A stretch of DNA of 64,000 nucleotides from an uncultured bacterium. GTDB taxonomy: Bacteria > Armatimonadota > Hebobacteria > Hebobacterales > Hebobacteraceae. Below, piece after piece: positions 56,306 through 64,000 of the stretch; the first letter of the stretch is position 1; each line of letters opens with the position of its first letter. The stretch lies in contig CAZLHI010000007.1 of NCBI GenBank assembly GCA_964559435.1, positions 13,952 to 77,951 of the forward strand, in the 5' to 3' direction. Made by a program: the position numbers and the translations under genes. The notes under the pieces are model-generated. The model was given only the letters and a program-made list of their open reading frames with translations. It did no database searches and was not told the DNA's origin.

Positions 56306-58318
56306 TCATGCGCGACCGGGTCCCAGACCGAGATCCTCTACCGCGGCGCGCAGCAGCTCAGCCACGCTCCAGGCCTGCGCGATGCATCCGCGGGGCTGAT
56401 GCGGCTCCTCCCCGTCAAAGATCTCCGAGACCTGACCCAGCCCGGCATCGTGCATGTGCTCCTCAAAAGCCCCCAGCCAGCCGCGCGCCCTCGCGCGCGC
56501 GGCCCCCTTGTCCTCCGCCGTACGGACGTACCCTGTGATGAACGGGCCGAGCAGCCAGGGCCAGACGGTCCCTTGATGGTAGGCGCCATCACGCTCGCAT
56601 TGATCTCCCCGGTAGCGGCCGCGATACCTTGGATCGTGGGGCGACAATGTGCGAAGCCCATAGGGAGTCAGCAGGTCGCGCTGGATGGCCTCGACCACCG
56701 ACCGCGCACGTTCGCCCTCGACACTGGGGTAGGGGAGGCTGACCGCCAGAATCTGATTCGGGCGTAGCGAGGAGTCAGCCGGCGTGTCCCCGTCCACGAC
56801 ATCGTTCAGGTACTTACACTCTGGATTCCAGAACCGGCGGAGGAACTGCTGAGCCACCTCCTCGGCAGACGGACCAGCATGATCCGCGCCCAACTCCTCA
56901 ACAAACTTAAGCGCGTTGTGCCACAGCGCATTGATCTCCACGGGCTTGCCGTGCCGCGGGGTGACGACCCAGTCGCCGACCTTGGCGTCCATCCACGTTA
57001 ATTGGGTGCCGGCCTCGCCCGCCCTCAGCAAGCCGTCCGAGTCAACTCCGATACCGTAACGGGTGCCGCGCACATACCAGTCAATGACATCGACTAAGAT
57101 CGGCAGGAACTTCCCGACAAACCCTTCGTCACCACTGTAGTCGAGGTACTTCTGGACCGTCCAGAACATCCAGAGAGTCGCGTCGACGGTATTGTAGTCC
57201 GGACGCCCGCCGGCATCGGGGATGCGGTTGGGGATGAGTCCGTCGCGGCGATGCTCAGCATAGGCGGCGAGGACCTCGCAGGCCACATCGTGGCGTCCAG
57301 TGACGAGGGTGAGGCCTGGCAGACTGATCATCGCATCCCGCCCCCACTCCTCGAACCAGTGGTAGCCAGCGATCACGCCTCGCGACTTGCCCTGGTCGGA
57401 ATTGGATGAGCGTGACACCAGGAACGTGTCGGCCGCGGCAGCAAGCTCGCGCACCTGCACGGGAGCGTGCGACCGCCGAGCGCTCAGCGAACCGCGCCTG
57501 CAGCGTTCCCGATCAAGCGCGTCGCCAGGGTCGAATGCTCCCAGCGAATCCACCGACGCGACGAGGAAGCGCGTCTCGTCGGCCTCCAGCTGGCATACGA
57601 AGTAGCCCGGGCTGTATTGGTCTTCCTGGAAATCAAGACCACGGGCGGCCTCCTGGGCATATTCGAAGTTGTGGTACCAACAGCCCCACGGCTCGAAGTA
57701 CGCGCTTTGGAGGTGGATGTGGAGGGGCGGCACGCCGGGGTAGGGCTGCATGCTAACTAAGTCCCTCGCCCCGGACATCCTGGCGGACGTATCGAATTCG
57801 CCGTTCTCGCGCATCAGATAGTGGTGGTCGCGGCAGTTGACGAGCGGTCGCACAATCAGGCTCACGGTTCCGGCACCTCGAATCAGCCGATACCGCACAA
57901 TCACCGCGTTCAGACCGCGGCACATGGCCACCAGCTTCTCGAGACGGGTGGGCGTGCTTCCCTCTATCTCGTAGAGAAACGTCGGAAACGGGGCCGACCG
58001 AAACTCGCGTAGGTAGCGGTATCCCTGGGGGTAGATTGCCCCGGCGTACTGATTGCAGGACAAGTCGTACTCGGTGTCCGCCAGTGCCAGCGTCTCTTCG
58101 ACCTTGGAGAGGAGGAGGGTCCGGTGAGTCGGCGGCCTCAGTGCGGCGATCAAAAGACCGTGGTACCGCCGGGTGTTCGCGCCCGATATCGTCGAGGAAG
58201 CATACCCGCCGAGGCCGTTCGTCTCCAGCCATTCCTTAGTCGTCGCACGCGGCCAATCGCCACACACGTCGGAACCGAACGAGATCATGCGGAACCCTCG
58301 GGCGGTAGGCGCTGACAA
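56306..58318 (-). CDS. glycogen debranching enzyme (amylo-alpha-1,6-glucosidase, GDE_N/GDE_C type)
   Basis: EWLETNGLGGYASSTISGANTRRYHGLL N-terminal signature; (alpha/alpha)6 C-terminal domain. Confidence 0.75.
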   Translation of the reverse strand: MSAPTARGFRMISFGSDVCGDWPRATTKEWLETNGLGGYASSTISGANTRRYHGLLIAALRPPTHRTLLLSKVEETLALADTEYDLSCNQYAGAIYPQGYRYLREFRSAPFPTFLYEIEGSTPTRLEKLVAMCRGLNAVIVRYRLIRGAGTVSLIVRPLVNCRDHHYLMRENGEFDTSARMSGARDLVSMQPYPGVPPLHIHLQSAYFEPWGCWYHNFEYAQEAARGLDFQEDQYSPGYFVCQLEADETRFLVASVDSLGAFDPGDALDRERCRRGSLSARRSHAPVQVRELAAAADTFLVSRSSNSDQGKSRGVIAGYHWFEEWGRDAMISLPGLTLVTGRHDVACEVLAAYAEHRRDGLIPNRIPDAGGRPDYNTVDATLWMFWTVQKYLDYSGDEGFVGKFLPILVDVIDWYVRGTRYGIGVDSDGLLRAGEAGTQLTWMDAKVGDWVVTPRHGKPVEINALWHNALKFVEELGADHAGPSAEEVAQQFLRRFWNPECKYLNDVVDGDTPADSSLRPNQILAVSLPYPSVEGERARSVVEAIQRDLLTPYGLRTLSPHDPRYRGRYRGDQCERDGAYHQGTVWPWLLGPFITGYVRTAEDKGAARARARGWLGAFEEHMHDAGLGQVSEIFDGEEPHQPRGCIAQAWSVAELLRAAVEDLGLGPGRA

Positions 58319-58413
58319 GCTGTAGTCCGCCGGCCCCTCCTTCTATTGGACCCCGGTTGGGCGTTGTCCTCCGCCCTTTGACCCAACTAGGGTCCTGGCG
58401 GACCTACAGTGTC

Positions 58414-59439
58414 TTACCGCTGGATGCGTAGACCCTGTCCCTTGACCAAGGCTTGCACTTCCTCCACGGTACCCCAGTGGAAGTCGCCGGGCACCGAGTG
58501 CTTCAGGGCGGAGAAGGCGGTCCCGTAGGCTACGCCCTTGTCAATATCGTCCTGCAGATAGCCCCACAAGAATCCTGCGGTGAAGGAGTCGCCCGCGCCG
58601 AGCCTGTCAACGACCTCTACCTCGTAGGTCGGCCCCTCATAGACTTGCTCGCCGACCAACGCGAAGGCCGACCAACGGTTCCGCCATACGCTGATCGTTT
58701 CCCGTAGTGTCACTGCCACGGCCTTGAGGTCGAATCCGCCCTGCAGTTCACGCGCAACATCGCGGTAGTCGGACGCTTCTATGCCCAACACCCGCTTGGT
58801 GTCTTCTTCGGTGGTAATCAGAATGTCCGTGTGTTCCATCAACTGCGTCATCACGCGATTCGCCTCGGCCTCGCTCCACAACTTCGCGCGATAGTTGACA
58901 TCGACGCTGACCAGACAGCCGGCTTCGTGCGCCGCCTCTACAGCCTTCAGCGACGCCGCGGCGCACGACTGACTAAGGGCGGGCGTGATGCCGGACACGT
59001 GAAAGAGACGGGCATCGGAGAAGATAAGCGGCCAGTCGAAGTCGTCGGGCGTCATGTGGCTGATGGCCGAGTCCGCTCGGTCATAGAGGACCGAAGAGGG
59101 CCGAGGCTGGGCCCCGAACTCGACGAAATAGAGGCCCATGCGTTCGCCGCTCGTCCAGATGATGTGAGAGACGTCGACTCCGTGCTCACGAGCCTTGTTG
59201 GCGACGAGCCGCCCGAGCGCGTCTTCGGGCAGCTTCGACAGCCACGCCGTCCTCATCCCCAGGCGGGCCGCGCCGACGGCGACATTGAGCTCCGCTCCAC
59301 CAACACGCACATCCAGACTTGTTGTCTGCTCCAGGCGCTGGAAAGAAGGAGGTGAGAGCCGAACCATCGCCTCGCCCAGTGTCACCACGTCCACCTTCTG
59401 CGCCACCGTTTCCTCTCCTGAGCACGGAGCGCGGCCCAC
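58414..59439 (-). CDS. PfkB-family carbohydrate kinase (2-keto-3-deoxygluconate kinase-like)
   Basis: VVTLGEAMVRL N-terminus, GG dipeptide and C-terminal GAGDSFTAGF PfkB signature. Confidence 0.75.
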   Translation of the reverse strand: MGRAPCSGEETVAQKVDVVTLGEAMVRLSPPSFQRLEQTTSLDVRVGGAELNVAVGAARLGMRTAWLSKLPEDALGRLVANKAREHGVDVSHIIWTSGERMGLYFVEFGAQPRPSSVLYDRADSAISHMTPDDFDWPLIFSDARLFHVSGITPALSQSCAAASLKAVEAAHEAGCLVSVDVNYRAKLWSEAEANRVMTQLMEHTDILITTEEDTKRVLGIEASDYRDVARELQGGFDLKAVAVTLRETISVWRNRWSAFALVGEQVYEGPTYEVEVVDRLGAGDSFTAGFLWGYLQDDIDKGVAYGTAFSALKHSVPGDFHWGTVEEVQALVKGQGLRIQR

Positions 59440-59479
59440 CAGCCGGGCCGCGCTCTGAGAAAATCTGCTTGGTCCTGAC

Positions 59480-60382
59480 TCAGTCGACCAGCCCGTACTT
59501 CTTTATGCTCGCGTCGGCCAGCTCTTGGATCTTGGCGATCTGAGCCTTGCCTTCCTCTGATCGAAACAGGTGTCGGAACCGCCGCTGCGGCCTCAGGTAC
59601 TCCTCGACCGGTATGGGCTCGATCTTCCGGACTCGCGTGACTTCGCCGTTCTCCCACTCGACCAGCGGATAGAGCCCACACTCGACGGCCAACCTGCCTA
59701 TCTCGATGCTGAGCTTCTCGTCGTAGCCCCAGCCGGGCGGGCAGGGGACATGCACCTGGAGGTACTTCGGTCCGCGAACGCCCAAGGCTTTCTTCACCTT
59801 ACGCCGCATGTCCGCGAAGATCGAAATGGAAGCGGTCGCAACATACGGGATGCCGTGGGCCGCGGCAATAGCCGGGAGGTCTTTCTTGGGGCGGTCCTCG
59901 CCGAACGATTTGCGCCCGGCAGGGCTGGTGGTCGTGGCGGCGGCAAACGGCGTCGAGCCGGAGCGCTGCACGCCGGTGTTCATATAGGCTTCGTTGTCCA
60001 TGCAGCAGTACAGCACATCGTGGCCGCGCTCGAGCATCCCCGACAGCGACCCGAAGCCGATGTCGAGTGTCGCGCCGTCTCCCCCGAACGCGAGCACGCG
60101 GATGTCGTCCAGCTTGCCCTGGTGCTTCAGGGCGGCCTCGATCCCGGCCGCGACGGCGGGAGTGTTCTCGAACAACGAGTGAACCCAGGGAACGCCCCAT
60201 GCGGACTCCGGGTGCGGGGTGCTGAAGACCTCCAGACAGCCCGTCGCGTTTGCCGCAACAACCTGCGACCCGGCGACCTCCATGACGAGCCGCACAGCGG
60301 ACGCCTGGCCGCACCCAGCACAGGCCCTGTGACCGGGCAGGAAACCCCGCGTTATCTCATAGGTGAAGTCGGTCTTCGACAT
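59480..60382 (-). CDS. porB: pyruvate:ferredoxin oxidoreductase beta subunit (TPP-binding)
   Basis: Start MSKTDF. GHRACAGCG and GDGAT..IG TPP-binding motifs. Confidence 0.8.
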   Translation of the reverse strand: MSKTDFTYEITRGFLPGHRACAGCGQASAVRLVMEVAGSQVVAANATGCLEVFSTPHPESAWGVPWVHSLFENTPAVAAGIEAALKHQGKLDDIRVLAFGGDGATLDIGFGSLSGMLERGHDVLYCCMDNEAYMNTGVQRSGSTPFAAATTTSPAGRKSFGEDRPKKDLPAIAAAHGIPYVATASISIFADMRRKVKKALGVRGPKYLQVHVPCPPGWGYDEKLSIEIGRLAVECGLYPLVEWENGEVTRVRKIEPIPVEEYLRPQRRFRHLFRSEEGKAQIAKIQELADASIKKYGLVD

Positions 60383-60383
60383 G

Positions 60384-61553
60384 CTAGCTGGCCTCCAACA
60401 GTTCCTTGCGCAGCCCAGCGAAGAAGTCCATCTCGCCGGCTTGCGACCGCTCTTCCATCTCATCGAAGGTCTCGAAGGTGATGTCGCGCCCCCCGAGCCC
60501 GGTAACCGCGGCATGGACCGAGGGCTGGTTCGGCTGACGGTACAGGGCCGCCCGAATCTCGGCCGGTAGAATCCCGTATGCGCCGACGTTCACCGCCTTC
60601 TCCACCACGACCACTCGCTTCGCTTTGGAGAGGGACTCGCGCAGCTCCTCGAGCGGGAAGGGGCGGAAGCAGCGCAGCTTAAGGACGCCGAGATTGTCTC
60701 CGTTGTCCCGCTTCATATCCACCCAGTCCTTCAGAGTCCCCACGACTGTTCCCATCGCGACATAGATGGTCTCCGCGTCGTCGCATCGGTACTCCTCGAC
60801 AACATCGCCCATCCAACGGCCGAAGGCCGCCTGAAAGTCCTTGGCGATCTCCTTGACGACGTCCTTGGAGGCGAGGGCGTCACGCTGGAGCTCGAATCGC
60901 ATCTCTTGATACAGCTCGGGGCCGGCGAACGCGCCCAGGGTATAGGGGTCGCCCGGGTCGAGCTTGTAGAGCGGGTCGTAGGGAGGGAGGAAGGCGTCCA
61001 CCTCTTCCTGGGTCGGCACGTCGACGGTCTCGTAGGTGTGGGTCAGCACGAAGCCGTCCATGCAGACCATCACCGGCAGCAGGACTCTATCGTCCTCGGA
61101 TATCTTGTAGGCCTGGATGTGCATATCGAGCACTTCCTGGCTGTTCTCGGCGTAGAGCTGCAGCCACCCCGAGTCGCGGACCGCGAGCGTATCCTGCTGG
61201 TCGTTCCAAATGCTCAACGGAGCCGAGAGGGACCTGTTGACGCCTGTGATGACGAGTGGCAGCCGCATGCCCGCGATGTTGTACAGCACTTCGGCCATCA
61301 ACATAAGGCCCTGAGAGGTCGTCGCCGAGTAGGCGCGGGTGCCGGCCGCGACAGCGCCCAGGCATACCGATGCTGCGGAGTGCTCGCTCTCGACCCTGAC
61401 GTACTCCGCGTGAATCTCCCCGTCGGCCACCATCTGAGACAGCTCCTCGACGATGTGGGTCTGCGGCGTAATCGGATAGGCGGAGATCACGCCGGGGCGA
61501 CAGAGTCCCACAGCTTCGGCAACGGCCTGCGAGCCTTCGATCATCTTCCTCAT
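60384..61553 (-). CDS. porA: pyruvate:ferredoxin oxidoreductase alpha subunit
   Basis: [15 protein letters not shown]...YPITPQT PorA N-terminus. Start overlaps the porD stop. Confidence 0.8.
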   Translation of the reverse strand: MRKMIEGSQAVAEAVGLCRPGVISAYPITPQTHIVEELSQMVADGEIHAEYVRVESEHSAASVCLGAVAAGTRAYSATTSQGLMLMAEVLYNIAGMRLPLVITGVNRSLSAPLSIWNDQQDTLAVRDSGWLQLYAENSQEVLDMHIQAYKISEDDRVLLPVMVCMDGFVLTHTYETVDVPTQEEVDAFLPPYDPLYKLDPGDPYTLGAFAGPELYQEMRFELQRDALASKDVVKEIAKDFQAAFGRWMGDVVEEYRCDDAETIYVAMGTVVGTLKDWVDMKRDNGDNLGVLKLRCFRPFPLEELRESLSKAKRVVVVEKAVNVGAYGILPAEIRAALYRQPNQPSVHAAVTGLGGRDITFETFDEMEERSQAGEMDFFAGLRKELLEAS

Positions 61554-61840
61554 CAGCGGTGCTCCTCTTCCATCGTGATCGCATCGAACGCGCAGGCCGC
61601 CGCACACATGCCACACCCTTTGCAGTATTCGAAGTCGGCCTCGTACTGCTTCTTCTCGAGGTGCCGAATGCAGCCCTCAGGACAGATCGTCTCACAGGTG
61701 TTGCAGCCGGTGCACTTCTCCCAGTCGAACACCGGCCGCAGAATCCCCCAGGGGCCGGTCTTGTTCCGCAGCGAAGAGCCTGGCCGCGTGACGATGCCAA
61801 GCGGAGGCTTCCTGCGCTTTCTCTTCGTACTGACCGTCAT
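61553..61840 (-). CDS. porD: pyruvate:ferredoxin oxidoreductase delta subunit (2x[4Fe-4S] ferredoxin)
   Basis: Two CxxCxxCxxxCP motifs ([24 protein letters not shown]). Confidence 0.8.
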   Translation of the reverse strand: MTVSTKRKRRKPPLGIVTRPGSSLRNKTGPWGILRPVFDWEKCTGCNTCETICPEGCIRHLEKKQYEADFEYCKGCGMCAAACAFDAITMEEEHR

Positions 61841-62514
61841 TGCTTCTGCTCCCTCACCAGGTCATAAGCGCGCTTCGCCGCGCTCACGTTCTTGTCTCCG
61901 AGTTCATCCCGGAAGCGATGGCGGATGCTTCGTTCGATGGCGTCGAAGCTGATGGCCCCCGATATCCCCGAGAAGGCCCCCATGATCGCGGTGTTCATAA
62001 TCGGGCGTCCTAGTTCCTCGAGCGCTATCTGCGTCGCCGGGAACGTCACCACCCTCGCCTTCGTGTCAAGGTCCAACTCCGAAGCCTTTCGCTCACTGTT
62101 GATGAGAACAGTTCCATCGGGCTTGATTCCAGCGAGTACGTCCACTGTATCGAGTAGGGTGGGGTCCTGAACGATGACGTAGTCGGGCGAGTAGATCTGG
62201 CTCCTGCGCCTGATTGGCTTATCGCTTATGCGACAGAAGGCCTGAACCGGCGCGCCCCGGCGCTCGACCCCGAACGCGGGGAAGGCCTGGGCCTCTCTCC
62301 CATCATCGAAGGCGGCCACCGCCAGCAGCTCCGCTGCCGTGACAGACCCCTGCCCGCCTCGCCCATGGATTCGAATCTCTATCATACGGTCGCTCCTCAA
62401 GCTCTGGCTTCGGCCACACGCGTCACAGGCGGGGATTGCGACCCCGCCCGCGGCTCGGAGAAAAACCACCGGACTACGGTGTGTCGAACCTTCGCCCTCA
62501 CCTAGCTTAACCAC
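61837..62514 (-). CDS. porG: pyruvate:ferredoxin oxidoreductase gamma subunit
   Basis: [12 protein letters not shown]...PorG pattern. Gene order gamma-delta-alpha-beta. Confidence 0.8.
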   Translation of the reverse strand: MVKLGEGEGSTHRSPVVFLRAAGGVAIPACDACGRSQSLRSDRMIEIRIHGRGGQGSVTAAELLAVAAFDDGREAQAFPAFGVERRGAPVQAFCRISDKPIRRRSQIYSPDYVIVQDPTLLDTVDVLAGIKPDGTVLINSERKASELDLDTKARVVTFPATQIALEELGRPIMNTAIMGAFSGISGAISFDAIERSIRHRFRDELGDKNVSAAKRAYDLVREQKQ

Positions 62515-62691
62515 CCCGGAAGGCTCGACCTCCTAGTCCCTTCGCCCTCGTGCCCGCTACTCCTCCTATCGCCGCGGGAGAGGCCCGACGTAGTCGCTCT
62601 GCAGCAAACAGGAACTGCAGGACGGACCGAAGAAACGCAGTCTAGGCGCGTATACTGCGCCTCCATCCCTGAAGCGAGGAGCAAGTCCATC

Positions 62692-63609
62692 ATGGCATTC
62701 CCTGCGCTCGCACCACCGCGTCGCCTCGAGCACCTTCAGCCACCGTCCGGCCGCCTCCGCATGGTTCTCGATACCGACACGCACAATGAGATCGACGACC
62801 AGTTCGCGGTCGTCTACTCTCTGCTCTCGCGGGGTAGGCTCGACGTCGAGGCCATCTACGCGGCGCCCTTCCACAATGACCGCTCCTCCGGCCCCGGCGA
62901 CGGCATGCAGAAGAGCTACGAGGAGATCCTGCGCCTGTTGGAACGACTCGACATCTCTCCGGAAGGCCTTGTCCATCGCGGATCGCCGAGCTACCTGCCT
63001 GGCGCTGACACCGCGGTCGAGAGCGCCGCTGCCGCGGACCTGATCGAGAAGGCGATGTCCGGCCCCGACCCCCTCTACGTCGTCGCCATCGGCGCTATCA
63101 CCAACGTCGCCTCGGCCCTTCTCCTCCAGCCGAGGATCGCCGAGCACACCGTCGTGGTCTGGCTCGGCGGGCAGCCCACGCACTGGCCCACCGCCGACGA
63201 GTTCAACCTCCGCCAGGACCTCCACGCCTCGCGCCTCATCTTCGACTCCGGCGTGCCCCTCGTGTACATTCCGTGTGCTGGAGTCGCCTCTCACCTCCTC
63301 ACCACCGTCCCCGAGATCGAGCGCCACGTCGAAGGCAGGGGCCCCATCGGCGACTACCTCGCGGGGATATTCAAGGAGTACAGCGACGACCACTTCGCCT
63401 GGTCGAAGGTCATCTGGGATATCGCCTGCATCGGTTGGTGCCTCAATCCCGAGTGGGTGCCGACCGAACTCATCCCCAGCCCCATCCTCACCGATCAGCT
63501 CACCTGGAGTGTGGACCACTCCCGCCCCCCCATCCGTACCGCCACCTATGTCCACCGCGATCCCATCTTCCGGGATTTGTTCGGGAAGCTGGCTGATGCC
63601 TCGGGTTGA
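62692..63609 (+). CDS. inosine-uridine preferring nucleoside hydrolase family protein
   Basis: DTDTHNEIDD aspartate cluster (DxDxxxDD) and IUNH fold. Alternative start at 62761 (MVLDTDT). Confidence 0.75.
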   Translation: MAFPALAPPRRLEHLQPPSGRLRMVLDTDTHNEIDDQFAVVYSLLSRGRLDVEAIYAAPFHNDRSSGPGDGMQKSYEEILRLLERLDISPEGLVHRGSPSYLPGADTAVESAAAADLIEKAMSGPDPLYVVAIGAITNVASALLLQPRIAEHTVVVWLGGQPTHWPTADEFNLRQDLHASRLIFDSGVPLVYIPCAGVASHLLTTVPEIERHVEGRGPIGDYLAGIFKEYSDDHFAWSKVIWDIACIGWCLNPEWVPTELIPSPILTDQLTWSVDHSRPPIRTATYVHRDPIFRDLFGKLADASG

Positions 63610-63652
63610 GGATGAGCGCTCAGCCGGGAGCATGGGGCAGGGGAGGAGCCGG

Positions 63653-64000
63653 CTAGGATGGCCGCTCTTCTGCCGCCTCGGCGCCTGCGCGCTTCCCTTG
63701 GAGATACTCGTGGATCGCCCGCGCCGCCCGTTTCGCGTCGCCCATCGCTGCAATAACCGTGCCGGCATCGTTGGCGATGTCGCCGCCGGCGTAGACGCCC
63801 GGCATTGTCGTCTCGCCGGTCTGCTCGTCCACCACGAGCCGGCCGTCCTCGCCGGCCTTCAGCTTCGGCTCACTTCGCGGTAGGAGAGGGTTCGGCGAGG
63901 TGCTGACCGCGATGATGACCGTATCCGCCCCCACTTCGAACTCGCTGCCCGGCACAGCCACCGGCCGTCGACGGCCGCTTTCATCTGGCGCGCCGAGTTC
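63653..64000 (-). CDS. FAD/NAD(P)-binding pyridine nucleotide-disulfide oxidoreductase (GltD-like), C-terminal part; gene continues beyond the window
   Basis: GVYAGGDIANDAGTVIAAMGDAKRAARAIHEYL is typical of the C-terminus of glutamate-synthase-small-subunit-like oxidoreductases. 5' end lies off the window. Confidence 0.6.
   Translation of the reverse strand, partial: ELGAPDESGRRRPVAVPGSEFEVGADTVIIAVSTSPNPLLPRSEPKLKAGEDGRLVVDEQTGETTMPGVYAGGDIANDAGTVIAAMGDAKRAARAIHEYLQGKRAGAEAAEERPS

Noticed and set aside
62515-62691. Imperfect palindrome AGGCGCGTATACTGCGCCT in the porG / nucleoside-hydrolase divergent region as an operator.
   Set aside because: The arms are only 6 bp and there is a single occurrence, so it is indistinguishable from chance in GC-rich sequence.
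1-64000. CRISPR arrays, IS elements, integrases, rRNA or tRNA genes.
   Set aside because: No direct-repeat/spacer periodicity, transposase or integrase-like translations, or rRNA/tRNA-like conserved sequences were seen anywhere in the window.

Overview
This is a high-GC (about 68-70 %) bacterial chromosomal segment, densely packed with housekeeping genes. No mobile elements, CRISPR arrays, rRNA or tRNA genes are visible.

Main blocks, in order:
1. A sigma70-type promoter, a T-box leader with a CUC (Leu) candidate specifier, and an intrinsic terminator, in front of an ilvD-ilvB-ilvN-(membrane module)-ilvC-leuA-leuC-leuD operon.
2. A convergent DUF951-like small zinc-ribbon gene, a TolC-like outer-membrane protein coupled to a class-III aminotransferase, then rtcA and thyX.
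3. An orphan lipoprotein substrate-binding protein coupled to a GNAT acetyltransferase, then mutS2 and a GT-C-like membrane protein.
4. A 10-kb minus-strand string: VOC, FAH, ROK kinase, family-B DNA polymerase, flavodoxin, TIM-barrel isomerase, DUF1015, mutS, BON.
5. An accessory-looking stretch at 30.4-31.8 kb with a degenerate duplicate of the VOC 5' end, small ORFs and a repeated operator-like palindrome.
6. trpB2.
7. A minus-strand cassette of a SAM methyltransferase, a short QueG-like Fe-S protein and two HAD hydrolases.
8. Hypothetical secreted and membrane proteins.
9. A two-subunit class I fumarate hydratase coupled into hisH-hisA-hisF, a 646-aa membrane protein, and a hisI-cmk fusion.
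10. miaB.
11. nrdR behind two consensus promoters carrying AT-rich palindromes, a class II ribonucleotide reductase, and a coupled methyltransferase-like ORF.
12. lepB and yjbQ, a GH15 / glycogen-debranching / PfkB kinase cluster, a four-subunit pyruvate:ferredoxin oxidoreductase (porGDAB), and a nucleoside hydrolase.

Most long ORFs on the opposite strand of these genes are high-GC antisense artefacts.

Most novel-looking items:
- the HisI-Cmk fusion;
- the in-frame membrane module ahead of ilvC;
- the repeated palindrome flanking a small ORF near a degenerate VOC duplicate;
- the methyltransferase / QueG-like / HAD cassette;
- the membrane protein inside the his operon;
- the ORF coupled to the ribonucleotide reductase.

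All calls rest on reading the supplied translations and sequence by eye. No database searches were run.
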